Below, in pieces: positions 26,986-36,159 of a stretch of DNA of 64,000 nucleotides. The stretch's first letter is position 1, and the number at the start of each line of letters is the position of its first letter. Origin of the DNA: Candidatus Xenobium occultum. GTDB lineage: Bacteria > Vulcanimicrobiota > Xenobia > Xenobiales > Xenobiaceae. Below the pieces are notes generated by a model. That model made no database searches. It saw only the letters and a program-made list of their open reading frames with translations, and had not been told where the DNA came from. Location of the stretch: positions 72,667-136,666 of the forward strand of contig DIWH01000011.1 in assembly GCA_002423485.1 (NCBI GenBank), in the 5' to 3' direction. A program made the position numbers and the translations under genes.

Positions 26986-28899
26986 TTGCCAAAGCCACTG
27001 CGACAGTTGATGTTGATCATCGCCCTGAGCGTGGCTGTGCTCATGGTCCTCAACGCCGTGCAGTCCCATTCTCCGGCCCAGGAACTCAAGTACAGCGACT
27101 TCGTCCAGGCCGTCCGCGACGGCCGAATCGCCACGGCCACGCTCAAGGGAGACCAGATCACCGGCACCTTCAGCAAGCCCGAGGCCGGCAAGCCCGAAAG
27201 CTTCAAGACCACCTTCCGCCGTGAAGTCAAGCCGGCTCCCGAAGAGGTGCTGCTGGAGAACAATGTCGCCACCGAGGTCAAGCAGGACAAGGGGATCGAG
27301 TGGTGGGTCGTGATCCTGCAAGGCCTTCCCTTCATCCTGGTCTTCCTGTTCTTCATGCTGATCATGCGTCAGGCTTCCGGTTCGGGAAACCAGGCCTTTG
27401 CCTTCGGCCGCTCCAAGCACAAACTGGTCTCGGACAACCGGGTCAAGGTCACCTTCGAGGATGTCGCCGGGGTGGAAGAGGCCAAGGAAGAGCTGGCCGA
27501 GGTGGTCGACTACCTGAAGTTCCCCAAGAAATACCAGAGCCTGGGTGCCCGCATCCCCAAGGGCGTGCTGCTGCTTGGCGCTCCGGGCACAGGCAAGACC
27601 CTCCTGGGGCGCGCCGTTGCCGGCGAGGCCGGGGTGCCCTTCTTCTACATCAGCGGTTCAGACTTCGTCGAAATGTTCGTCGGAGTCGGGGCCTCGCGCG
27701 TCCGAGATCTCTTCGAACAAGCCAAGAAGTCCGCCCCCTGCATCGTGTTCGTCGATGAGATCGACGCCGTGGGACGCCAGCGCGGAGCCGGCCTGGGAGG
27801 TGGGCACGACGAGCGCGAGCAGACCCTGAACCAATTGCTGGTTGAGATGGACGGCTTCGACTCCTCTCCGGCCACCCCGGCGGTGATCGTCCTGGCCGCC
27901 ACCAACCGGCCTGACGTCCTGGATCCAGCTCTGCTGCGGCCGGGCCGCTTCGACCGTCAGGTGGTGGTCGACAAACCCGACATCGCAGGGCGCCTGGCCA
28001 TCCTGAAGGTGCACAGCCGGGGCAAGCCCCTGGGAGCCGACATCAACCTTCACGATCTGGCCCAGCGCACGCCCGGCTTCTCGGGAGCGGATCTGGAGAA
28101 CCTGCTGAATGAAGCTGCCCTGTTGGCGGCCCGGGTGGGCAAGGACCGGATCGAGATGGACGACTGCACCGAGGCCATCGACCGGGTGTTGATGGGGCCC
28201 GAGCGCAAGAGTCGGGTGATCTCCGAGAGGGAGCGGGAGGTGACAGCCTACCACGAAGGCGGCCACGCCCTGGTGGCCCGGGCCATTCCCGAGGCCGATC
28301 CGGTCCGCAAGATCACCATCCTTCCGCGTGGGGTGACGCTGGGGGTCACGTCCCTGGTCCCCGACGAGGATCGCTACAACATGACCCGATCCGAACTCAT
28401 GGCCAACATTGCGGTCTTCATGGGCGGCCGGGTGGCGGAGGAGATCGTCTTCGACGAGATCTCCACCGGGGCTTCCAACGACATCGAGCGGGCCACCGAA
28501 CTGGCCCGGGACATGGTCTGCCGCTACGGCATGAGCCCCACCGTGGGCCCGCTGCACTTCGGACGCAAGCCGAGCAAGGTCTTCCTGGGCCGGGACATCG
28601 TCGAGAACCGCAACTTCTCGGAGGCGACCTCGCGCACCATCGACGCCGAGGTCCACCGCCTGGTCGCCGATTCCTATGAGAGGGCTCGCGCCATCCTGAC
28701 CGAGAATCGCGACCAGCTTGACATGCTGTCCCAGATGCTGATGGAGAAGGAGGTCATCGAGGCCTCCGAGTTGGAGGACATGCTGGGTCCGGCTGCCCGG
28801 GATGCCGAGAACGGACGCTCCGCACACCCCGTGATCACCGTGGAGGAAACCAACCTGGGCACCGACTGGCTGGGCAGCTCCCCCACCGAGCGGGTTTGA
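26986..28899 (+). CDS. ftsH: ATP-dependent zinc metalloprotease FtsH
   Basis: Two N-terminal TM helices, AAA Walker A GAPGTGKT, Walker B, SRH, and the protease HEGGHAL motif. Start is taken as TTG 26986, 9 nt after GAGAGG; an alternative is ATG 27010. The ORF-track start at 26866 adds a non-FtsH leader. Confidence 0.85.
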   Translation: MPKPLRQLMLIIALSVAVLMVLNAVQSHSPAQELKYSDFVQAVRDGRIATATLKGDQITGTFSKPEAGKPESFKTTFRREVKPAPEEVLLENNVATEVKQDKGIEWWVVILQGLPFILVFLFFMLIMRQASGSGNQAFAFGRSKHKLVSDNRVKVTFEDVAGVEEAKEELAEVVDYLKFPKKYQSLGARIPKGVLLLGAPGTGKTLLGRAVAGEAGVPFFYISGSDFVEMFVGVGASRVRDLFEQAKKSAPCIVFVDEIDAVGRQRGAGLGGGHDEREQTLNQLLVEMDGFDSSPATPAVIVLAATNRPDVLDPALLRPGRFDRQVVVDKPDIAGRLAILKVHSRGKPLGADINLHDLAQRTPGFSGADLENLLNEAALLAARVGKDRIEMDDCTEAIDRVLMGPERKSRVISEREREVTAYHEGGHALVARAIPEADPVRKITILPRGVTLGVTSLVPDEDRYNMTRSELMANIAVFMGGRVAEEIVFDEISTGASNDIERATELARDMVCRYGMSPTVGPLHFGRKPSKVFLGRDIVENRNFSEATSRTIDAEVHRLVADSYERARAILTENRDQLDMLSQMLMEKEVIEASELEDMLGPAARDAENGRSAHPVITVEETNLGTDWLGSSPTERV

Positions 28900-29822
28900 C
28901 CGCCCCCCGTGGTGACCGGCTCTTCCTGACCCGGTTCGCCGGGCTGTCGATCGCGGCCGCCGTGGCCACGATGGCTTTGAAGCTCGGGGCCTGGCAGGTC
29001 ACCGGTTCGGTGGGCCTGCTTTCGGATGCCCTGGAGTCCCTGGTCAACCTGGCTGCTGCCCTGCTGGCGCTGGGAGTCCTCGTCGTGGCCGCCCGACCTC
29101 CCGACGAGGGGCATCAGTTTGGCCACGAGAAGGCCGAATTCTTCGCCAGCGGAGCGGAGGGAGCCCTGATCCTGGTGGCCTCCGCCGCCATCGCGGTCCC
29201 GGCCTGGAACCGGCTTCAGGCCCCCCAACCCGTCGAAGAGATCGGCCTGGGCCTGGGGATCTCGGTGCTGGCCGCCCTGGTCAACCTGGGGGTTGCCCTG
29301 GTCCTGCGTCAGGCCGGGCGGCGCCACCGTTCAGCTGTCCTGGAGGCCGATGCCCAGCACCTCATGACCGATGTCTGGACCTCGGTGGGCGTGGTCCTCG
29401 GAGTCGCCGCGGTGGCCTGGACCGGATGGCTGATCCTGGACCCGCTCATCGCCCTCCTGGTGGCCGTGCAGATCCTGCACACCGGAGCAAACTTGATCCG
29501 CAAGGCGATCCACGGCTTGATGGACCCGGCCCTGCCTCTGGAAGAACGCAAGGCCCTCGAGGCAATCCTGGACCGGACCTTGCCAGAAGGGACCCAGTAC
29601 CACGCCCTGCTCACGCGTCAAGCCGGCCCCCGTCGCTTTGCCTCGGTCCACATCCTGGTTCCGGGCAGCTGGACCGTCCAGAAGGGGCACCATCTCCTCG
29701 AAGAAGTGGAAGAGGCGATGCGTGCGGCCTTGCCGGGGCTGGTCCTGGTCACCCACCTCGAGCCGCTCGAAGACCCCGTCTCCTTCGCCGACCAGGAGGT
29801 CTTCGGCAACCCTCTGGCCTGA
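28896..29822 (+). CDS. cation diffusion facilitator (CDF) family metal efflux transporter
   Basis: Six TM helices with conserved HxxxD-type sites (LSDALESL...), an H-rich loop, and a C-terminal cytoplasmic domain. TTG 28896 overlaps the ftsH TGA (TTGA). Confidence 0.8.
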   Translation: MTAPRGDRLFLTRFAGLSIAAAVATMALKLGAWQVTGSVGLLSDALESLVNLAAALLALGVLVVAARPPDEGHQFGHEKAEFFASGAEGALILVASAAIAVPAWNRLQAPQPVEEIGLGLGISVLAALVNLGVALVLRQAGRRHRSAVLEADAQHLMTDVWTSVGVVLGVAAVAWTGWLILDPLIALLVAVQILHTGANLIRKAIHGLMDPALPLEERKALEAILDRTLPEGTQYHALLTRQAGPRRFASVHILVPGSWTVQKGHHLLEEVEEAMRAALPGLVLVTHLEPLEDPVSFADQEVFGNPLA

Positions 29823-29887
29823 AGGACCCGGCCGCCCCAGCGTCATTCCGCCGGAGACCAGATCATCCTTGGTCGAGGAGGCGGACC

Positions 29888-30580
29888 TCACCGCTCTTCA
29901 GGTCGTAGACGGCTCCGACGATCTTGAGGGTCCCCTTCTCCACCGCCGGGGCCAGGATGGGGTAGGACTGCTTCAAGCGATCCACTGCCACCCGGACATT
30001 CATGTCGGTAGCGGCCTCCAGGGAATTGCCGCCCTGGGCCTTCGACTTGCGGGCGGCGGGGCGGATGGTGTCTACCAGGTGCTCGATGGAGCCCGGCAGG
30101 TCCCCGCCCCCCGGCGATGGTCTTCAAGGCTGCGTTGACCGCGCCACAACTGCTATGCCCCAAGACCATGATGAGTGGCGCCCCCAGGACAGCGTGGGAA
30201 AACTCCAGGCTGCCGATCACGTTGTGACCGGACAGGCCCACCGTGTTCCCCGCCACCCGCACCACGAACAGGTCTCCCAACCCCTGGTCGAAGAGGATCT
30301 CGACGGGCACCCGGCTATCCGCGCAGGCCAGGATGGAGGCGAAGGGGTGCTGAGCGGAAGCCACCCCCAGTCGCCGCGTGGCGCCACGGCCGCCACCGCC
30401 GGTCTTCTGCTCCTCGACGAACCGGACGTTGCCCTCCACCAGGGCCTTCAGCGCTGCGTCCGGCGTGCGCTTCACAGAAGCCCCACCCTGGGCGACGGCT
30501 GGCCTCGCCCCCGAGACGACGGCCGCGCCCATGGCGGCGGCCAGGCCCATCTTCAACAACTCGCGACGACTCTGGTCCAT
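29888..30580 (-). CDS. beta-class carbonic anhydrase with Tat signal peptide
   Basis: N-terminal twin-arginine motif SRRELLKMGL. Zinc-ligand motifs CADSRVP and HSSCGAV. Confidence 0.8.
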   Translation of the reverse strand: MDQSRRELLKMGLAAAMGAAVVSGARPAVAQGGASVKRTPDAALKALVEGNVRFVEEQKTGGGGRGATRRLGVASAQHPFASILACADSRVPVEILFDQGLGDLFVVRVAGNTVGLSGHNVIGSLEFSHAVLGAPLIMVLGHSSCGAVNAALKTIAGGRGPAGLHRAPGRHHPPRRPQVEGPGRQFPGGRYRHECPGGSGSLEAVLPHPGPGGGEGDPQDRRSRLRPEER

Positions 30581-30725
30581 GATTGGCGCCCCTCTCTAAT
30601 GTCCGGGGCCAACGCAACCTTCCACAGGCGGGACAGCCGCCCGGCCCCACCCGTTTCCGCGACGGAGCGACGAAAAACACCCGCATCTGCCTTCACGCCA
30701 AGGAGCGTCTGGCCTCTGCCTTCTT

Positions 30726-30892
30726 GTTCCCGAATCGCTTTCCGAATCAAACACCAAGACACGCCGTCAACCCCCTGGAAGCGCCTCCCCTCCCCCTCTC
30801 CCCCATCCAAGTCGAAAGCCCCGTCGCGGCGGGGCTTTCCTTGTTGGTGCGGGAGGAGGGATTCGAACCCTCATGCCTTGCGGCGCAGGATT
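30726..30892. repeat. attL-like direct repeat containing a 48-nt tRNA-Leu 3' fragment (30845-30892, minus strand)
   Basis: Identical to 34388-34554 except for 4 substitutions. It includes the tRNA 3' half plus 119 bp of downstream flank with a hairpin. Confidence 0.7.
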
Positions 30893-32056
30893 CAAGACTT
30901 CCTCCCAGCACAGATACCTCGTGACGACCCGTATATTTTCTTCCACCGTCCGGACACTTTCCGAAATAATTTCCGATTCGGCCCAGGGCCTCCCTCAAAA
31001 GAGGGGTGGAAAAGTGGGCGTAGCGGTCCGTCATCTCGGGCGACTCGTGGCGGGCCAGCTCCTGGATCGTCTCACGGGGCACCCCGGCCATCCGCAGCCA
31101 GGTGCAGAAGGTGTGACGCAGGTCATGGAAGTGCAGCCCTTCGACTCCGGCCTTCCGGCAGAGCCCCTGGAATCTCTTGGTGACCGCGTTCGGAGCCCGG
31201 CCAGGGAAGACCCTCTCCCCCTTCTGGGGTGCTGAGGGCCGGACATGCGACAAGACCTCGACGGCCCGGGGATGCAGAGGCAACCACTCGTCCTCGTGCC
31301 GCTTCGAGGCGCGCACCCGAAACAGGCCTCGCGCCAGGTCCAGGTCCCTCCACTCAAGCCGACACAGTTCCGCCCGCCTCAACCCCGTCAGCAGCGCCAC
31401 CTCGATCATCCTCCAGAAATCCGGGTCGCATCGTTCACGGAGGCGATCCAGCTCGCCATCCTGGAGGAATCGCCTGCGCTTGTTGTTCTCGCGCAGCAGC
31501 GTGTTGCGTGGGACGGGCTGGTGCCGGGTCACCTGGTCGCGCTCGGCGAGATTGAAGAGACGACGCAGCATGGCCAGGCGGCGGTTGATGCTGGCGGGCT
31601 TGAAGGGGGTCCCGTAGCGGTCAGGGTCTTCGCCTTCGCCCGCATCCATGCGCGGATGTCCCCAGGCTGAATGCTGAGGACCCGTCGGTCTTCCCCCAGG
31701 GCCTCGAGCCACTCGGCGGCATACTGAGCGTAGTTCGGGCCGATGCCCTCCAGGGATACCATCTCGTCACTGAAGAGGCCCCACAGCCGCCCCAGGGTCA
31801 TCCCCTCATCGGGCGGAGCGGTCACACCCATCCTCTCCCCCATCTTGGCCCGCTCGTCAGCCAGTCGCTGGCGATGCAGTTCGGCCAGCGCGGCGTCCTT
31901 CGAGATGCCCACTGCCCGCTTGATGTCCCGCCTCTTTCCCGTGGCGTCCACCTCCGAGGTCCGAACCCCGTAGACCCGGATCCCGTCTTCCCTGTCCGCG
32001 AAAATCAGGCCGCGAGGGCCCTTCGGGACAGACCTCCACATGAAAGCCACTGGCAC
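30747..32056 (-). pseudogene. tyrosine recombinase/integrase, split by a frameshift
   Basis: The N-terminal part (frame of 31529..32056) carries integrase arm/core-binding-like sequence. The C-terminal part (frame of 30747..31712) carries the catalytic HDLRHTF...TDRYAH motif. The frames switch around 31601-31630, at a G5/C5 homopolymer. The 3' end reads into attL. Confidence 0.6.
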
Positions 32057-32152
32057 CTCCTGCAGGGGCCCGACCCGGAGCGGCGAACCTGCAGGGTGTC
32101 AGCACCTGCGGCGCCTGGGCTCCGGCCCGGGCGTTCGTGTTTGGAGGAAAGA

Positions 32153-32593
32153 TCACGCCGTCTTTTGGAAGCTGACCTCCAACACGCGACCGAAAGCCCG
32201 GGCGACCCTCTCCAGGGTGGACACCGTAGCGTTGCACTTCTCGGGGTCCTCCCAGCGCTGATAGGTCGAGAAGCTGACGCCCATCCTGGCCGCCGCCTGC
32301 TGCATCGTGAGGCCCGCCTTCTGGCGCTCGGAACGCACCATCAGGGCGACCTCTAGTCGCGCATCGGGATAGACCCACTCCCACCCCGCAGGAAGGCGGC
32401 CCTGCGTAGGAGCATCCAGTTCCTCTCCCGCGTCGATGCGCACCAGAAGCATTGTGGTCACGAGGTCGCCAGCCATTCGGCGCGCTTCCTCCAGCGTGTC
32501 GCCCTGGGTCATCTGGCCTCCGGCGATGTCCGGAACCTCAGCCAGCCACCAGTCATCCTCTTGGAAATACCTGACCTTGTAGCGCAACCTCAT
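32153..32593 (-). CDS. hicB: HicB-family antitoxin (RNase H-like fold + C-terminal HTH)
   Basis: Start MRLRYKVRYFQEDDWWLAEVPDIAGGQMTQGDTLEEA (typical HicB N-terminus). C-terminal helix-turn-helix TMQQAAARMGVSFSTYQRWE. ATGA overlap with the hicA stop. Confidence 0.7.
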   Translation of the reverse strand: MRLRYKVRYFQEDDWWLAEVPDIAGGQMTQGDTLEEARRMAGDLVTTMLLVRIDAGEELDAPTQGRLPAGWEWVYPDARLEVALMVRSERQKAGLTMQQAAARMGVSFSTYQRWEDPEKCNATVSTLERVARAFGRVLEVSFQKTA

Positions 32594-32778
32594 GGTCCAT
32601 CCTCCTCCGCCTTCCGGTCCTTCTGTTGCCACTGCCGGATGATGCCGGGGCGAATCTCCGTGTGCCGAGGGACCGCGAAGGTCTGCCGATGCCGCCCGTA
32701 AACATCGTGGTCGCCGCCGTGCCGGACGAATGACCACCCGGCGGCCTCGACCATCTTCAGGAACTCACGGCGCTTCAT
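32590..32778 (-). CDS. hicA: HicA-family mRNA interferase toxin
   Basis: MKRREFLKMVEAAGWSFVRHGGDHDVYGRHRQTFAVPRH... is the dsRBD-like HicA pattern. ATG 32778 is taken as the start because the predicted promoter -10 overlaps the ORF-track GTG 32793. Confidence 0.65.
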   Translation of the reverse strand: MKRREFLKMVEAAGWSFVRHGGDHDVYGRHRQTFAVPRHTEIRPGIIRQWQQKDRKAEEDGP

Positions 32779-32793
32779 CGACTTCACAGGCAC

Positions 32794-32822
32794 ACAATAA
32801 CGCTTTACTGCGTTCTTGTCAA
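32794..32822 (-). promoter_or_regulatory. sigma70-type promoter of hicAB with flanking 8-bp direct repeats (aacgcttt x2, candidate operator)
   Basis: On the minus strand there is TTGACA (plus-strand tgtcaa 32817-32822), a 17-nt spacer, and TATTGT (32794-32799). The repeats lie at 32799-32806 and 32821-32828. This is a locally AT-rich patch. Confidence 0.35.
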
Positions 32823-33156
32823 CGCTTTTATGCTGTGATTGGCATCATACCCTACGCCTCGCCCCATGCGGCCAGCCAGTCCCCGAACCAGCCCCTGACG
32901 CGTCTCGGCTCAGGGCCCTGGCGTCGCAGCATCTCCCGACTCAGGGCCCCGCAAGCGCAACAGGTATTTCGCGTCTGTCAGCTTGTTCTGCTCGCGGATG
33001 AACTGCCGCGAGGCTTGATGGTCGCAGCGTAGGCTCTCCAACTCGCGCCGCATCGAGGCCAGGGCCTCCGCCATCTCCGCCTGTCGCTCGTCGGCGCGGG
33101 TCTGGGACTGGTGGACCACGACGGCCCGCACCCGACTGGAGCCCGGCGCCTCGGTC

Positions 33157-33942
33157 GTGGTGCTCATGACCCGCTGGCATGACGACGACCTGGCCGGGCG
33201 CATCCTGCGCAACGCCCAGGAGTCTGGAGACGGCTGGGAGGTCCTGAACCTGCCCGCCCTGGCCGAGGAGGGAGACCCCCTGGGCCGGGAGCCCGGCGAG
33301 GCCCTCTGGCCAGAGCGCTACGACGTGGAGGCCCTGCAGGAAACCCGGCGCGAGGTGGGAGAGCGAACCTGGTCGGCGCTCTATCAGCAGCGCCCGACCG
33401 TGGACGAGGGCGGCTATTTCCAGCGCTCCTGGTGGCGCTACTACACGCGGCCCCCTGTGCGATTCGAAGAGGTCCTGCAGTCCTGGGACATGGCCTTCAA
33501 AGGCACGACCTCGAGCGACTACGTGGTGGGGCAGATCTGGGGCAGGAAGGGTGCTGACCGTTACCTGCTGGACCAGGTCCGTGGGCGATGGGACTTCCCG
33601 CGCACCCTGGATGCCGTGCGGGAACTGTCCTTCCGCTGGCCTGACGCCCGCACCAAGCTGGTTGAGGACAAGGCGAACGGCAGCGCGGTCATCGACACCC
33701 TCCGCCGCGAGATGCAGGGCCTGGTGGCCGTCGAGCCCGAGGGCGGGAAGGTGGCCAGGGCGGCCGCCGTCTCGCACCAGGTGGAGGGCGGCAACGTCTG
33801 GCTGCCAGCCCGGAGCATCGCCCCCGACGGAACGCCGGTCCTGGACCCCTGGGTGCGCGACCTGGTCGAGGAGGCGGCGGCCTTCCCGACCGGGGTGAAT
33901 GACGACCAGGTGGATGCCATGACGCACTGCCGTTTTTTTTAA
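33157..33942 (+). pseudogene. phage terminase large subunit, C-terminal nuclease half only (ATPase domain missing)
   Basis: LMTRWHDDDLAGRIL...ALWPERY...YQQRP...EDKANGSAVIDTL...EGGNVWLP...FPTGVNDDQVDAMT matches the terminase_6C/RNaseH-like domain. The upstream in-frame sequence is unrelated. The gene ends CRFF* inside a T8 run. Confidence 0.6.
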
Positions 33943-34213
33943 CCAGCCAGTCGAGCTCGACCTTCAACTGCCCGACCTCCTGGTAGAGGCGAGCGATCAA
34001 GGCCTCCCGTGCCGCCTCAACCCTGGAGGCCGACGCCGGGTTGGCAAAGACCTGTGCCAGCCCCTCAGCCGCCGTCTTCTTCCACTGGCTAACCTGCACT
34101 GGGTGAACCTCGACGTCAGCCGCGATCTCGTTGACGGTTCGCCGCTCCTTGAGGGCCTCGAGCGCCACCCTTGCTTTGAACTCCGCCGTGTGCTTCCTGC
34201 GCGTCTTGTCCAT
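33919..34213 (-). mobile_element. IS3-family transposase OrfA remnant (HTH + leucine zipper) truncated at its A-run frameshift site; no OrfB
   Basis: MDKTRRKHTAEFKARVALEALKERRTVNEIAADVEVHPVQVSQWKK...LKVELDWLVKK is classic IS3 OrfA. It ends at the A8 slippery run (33933-33940). Beyond that point the sequence is antisense to the terminase fragment. Confidence 0.6.
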
Positions 34214-34387
34214 TGCCGGCCATCCTTTCGTTGTTCACAGGCCGGTCATGATAGTGTTAGCTAAACACCGTGTCTAGTTTTCTGGGGCCACTATAATCGT
34301 GTCCGGGGTCATGAGACTCCGGGCCTGACCCACGACCATCACCTGACCACAGAGCCCCTCTCCCCTGACCGGGAGGGGGGCTTTCCG

Positions 34388-34554
34388 GTTCCCGAATCGC
34401 TTTCCGAATCAAACACCAAAACACGCCGTCAAACCCCTGGAAGCGCCTCCCCTCCTCCTCTCCCCCATCCAAGTCGAAAGCCCCGTCGCGGCGGGGCTTT
34501 CATTGTTGGTGCGGGAGGAGGGATTCGAACCCTCATGCCTTGCGGCGCAGGATT
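34388..34554. repeat. attR-like direct repeat overlapping the 3' part of the intact tRNA-Leu
   Basis: Partner of the 30726-30892 repeat. Confidence 0.7.
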
Positions 34555-34590
34555 TTAAGTCCCGTGCGTCTGCCGTTTCGCCACTCCCGC
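34507..34590 (-). tRNA. tRNA-Leu(TAA), type II with long variable arm
   Basis: 84-nt cloverleaf with anticodon loop CTTAAAA, long variable arm, T-loop TTCGAAT and encoded CCA. Confidence 0.9.
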
Positions 34591-34604
34591 GAACTCCAGA
34601 CGGC

Positions 34605-36158
34605 TCAGACGGCCGCCGAGGTCTTGCCTCGGTGAAAGACGCAGTTCCTGCCGGCCCGTTTGGCGCGATACAACTGTTCGTCGACATGGGCCAGCAGCTC
34701 CTCGTGGGTGTTGCCATCGTCGGGCATGCTGGCCACCCCGGCGCTGACCGTCAGGCCCAGTTGCCCGGCGCAGAAGGGGTGAGCCGCGACGCTGGCGCGG
34801 ACCCTTTCAGCCACGACCAGGGCGCCTTGCAGGTCGGTCTCGGGCAGCAGGATCATGAACTCCTCGCCCCCATAGCGGGACACCACATCGATGTCGCGGC
34901 GACTCCCCGCCACGAGCACCGAGGCGAGCTCGCGCAGGACCTGATCGCCCACCAGATGACCACGCGTGTCGTTGACCTGCTTGAAGAAATCGGCATCGAA
35001 CATGATCAACGAGACGGGGAAGCCGTAGCGACGCCCCCGCTTGGTCTCCTCCATCGCCCTCTGGCGCAGGTAATGGCTCATGTAGAGGCCCGTGGTGGAA
35101 TCGTGGATGGCCAGGTCGTACAGGTGCGCATTGGAGATGGCGTTGGAGGCCAGGGGCGCGAGGGTGGAGAGGAACTCGCGGTCCCGATCGGCGTAGGCCT
35201 CGCCGGTGTACTTCCGCCCCACGGCTAGAAGCCCCATGAAACGATCCTTGTAGGTCAGCGGCGCGAAATGCAGCAGTCCGTGCGAGTCCAACCGACGGGA
35301 CAGGTCTGGCAGGACCTGGAGCACAGCGGGATCCCGGGTGGAGACGAGCGGGGCGGTGTGCCCCTCAAAGCCGCGAATCCAATCCAGGAAAGCCTCACTC
35401 AGCAGGACCTCGAACTCTGGAGAGCCTTCCTGGCCAAGGAACTTGCCCATGCGAGTCCGCAGGACCCCGTCGCCCTCCAGGTGCAGGCAGATCAGCGCCG
35501 ACTCTGCGGTCATGATCTCGCAGACCATGTCGCAGATCAGCTTGAGCAGATCCTCCAGCTCCAGGACCGACCCCAGGACCCGGGCCACATGGTTGATGGT
35601 GTAGAGTCGAAATTCGCGCCGGGCCAATTCACGATTGGCCTCCGCCAGATTGTCCGCCAGCCCCCGCCAACCCATGACCCGGGCCAAGGTTTCGCAGAAT
35701 CCTGCCAGGACCTGGCGCTCAGACTCCGAGAACGGCTCTTGCCCTGGCTCCCGAGCCAGGGCCAGGGCGCCAGAGCGCCCTTTGCCGTCGAGATTCACCA
35801 CCGCGCAGGCCAGACTGAGAGAGCGGACGGCCTCTCCAGACTTCTTGGAGTCCAATGTCTGGCTTGCCAGAGCCAGGACTTCCGGGAAGACGGTGCGCAG
35901 CATTCCCGGATCACCGACCTGGGCTCGACAGTCCAAGCCCGCCCCCCCGTCGGAAGGCGTGAAGAACCAGCCGGCCTGAGCCTGGAGGGCCAGGATGAGC
36001 CCCCCCAGGGTCTCGGCAAGATCGCCGTCAGACATCGCCCCCTGGCTGAGGCGACCGAGGACCGAGACCAGATCCAGAAGCCGAGCGTGGCCCCCCTGCC
36101 GAGTGTTCACCGGGCGCCTTTCAATGGGATAACGAACCTTCCCTACCTCCCGGCCCAA
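34605..36158 (-). CDS. GAF-GAF-GGDEF diguanylate cyclase
   Basis: C-terminal GGDEF domain with an intact RYGGEEF active site and RxxD-like I-site region. Two GAF-like sensor domains upstream. The start is probably internal, since 36158 abuts a divergent gene. Confidence 0.75.
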   Translation of the reverse strand: MGREVGKVRYPIERRPVNTRQGGHARLLDLVSVLGRLSQGAMSDGDLAETLGGLILALQAQAGWFFTPSDGGAGLDCRAQVGDPGMLRTVFPEVLALASQTLDSKKSGEAVRSLSLACAVVNLDGKGRSGALALAREPGQEPFSESERQVLAGFCETLARVMGWRGLADNLAEANRELARREFRLYTINHVARVLGSVLELEDLLKLICDMVCEIMTAESALICLHLEGDGVLRTRMGKFLGQEGSPEFEVLLSEAFLDWIRGFEGHTAPLVSTRDPAVLQVLPDLSRRLDSHGLLHFAPLTYKDRFMGLLAVGRKYTGEAYADRDREFLSTLAPLASNAISNAHLYDLAIHDSTTGLYMSHYLRQRAMEETKRGRRYGFPVSLIMFDADFFKQVNDTRGHLVGDQVLRELASVLVAGSRRDIDVVSRYGGEEFMILLPETDLQGALVVAERVRASVAAHPFCAGQLGLTVSAGVASMPDDGNTHEELLAHVDEQLYRAKRAGRNCVFHRGKTSAAV

Positions 36159-36159
36159 A

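Larger units (their letters stand above)
30726..34554. mobile_element. decayed integrative element (~3.7 kb) inserted at tRNA-Leu(TAA), bounded by 167-bp direct repeats
   Basis: The direct repeats span 30726-30892 and 34388-34554 with 4 mismatches. Contents are a tyrosine integrase (frameshifted), hicAB, a 5'-truncated terminase large-subunit fragment and an IS3-family OrfA stump. The internal region is lower in GC. Confidence 0.6.

Noticed and set aside
30747-31000. Long C-terminal tail of the integrase ORF (…SNPSSRTNKESPAATGLSTWMGE…)
   Set aside because: This tail is read-through into the attL repeat and tRNA fragment before the first in-frame stop. It is unlikely to be genuine integrase sequence beyond ~20-30 residues after the catalytic Tyr.
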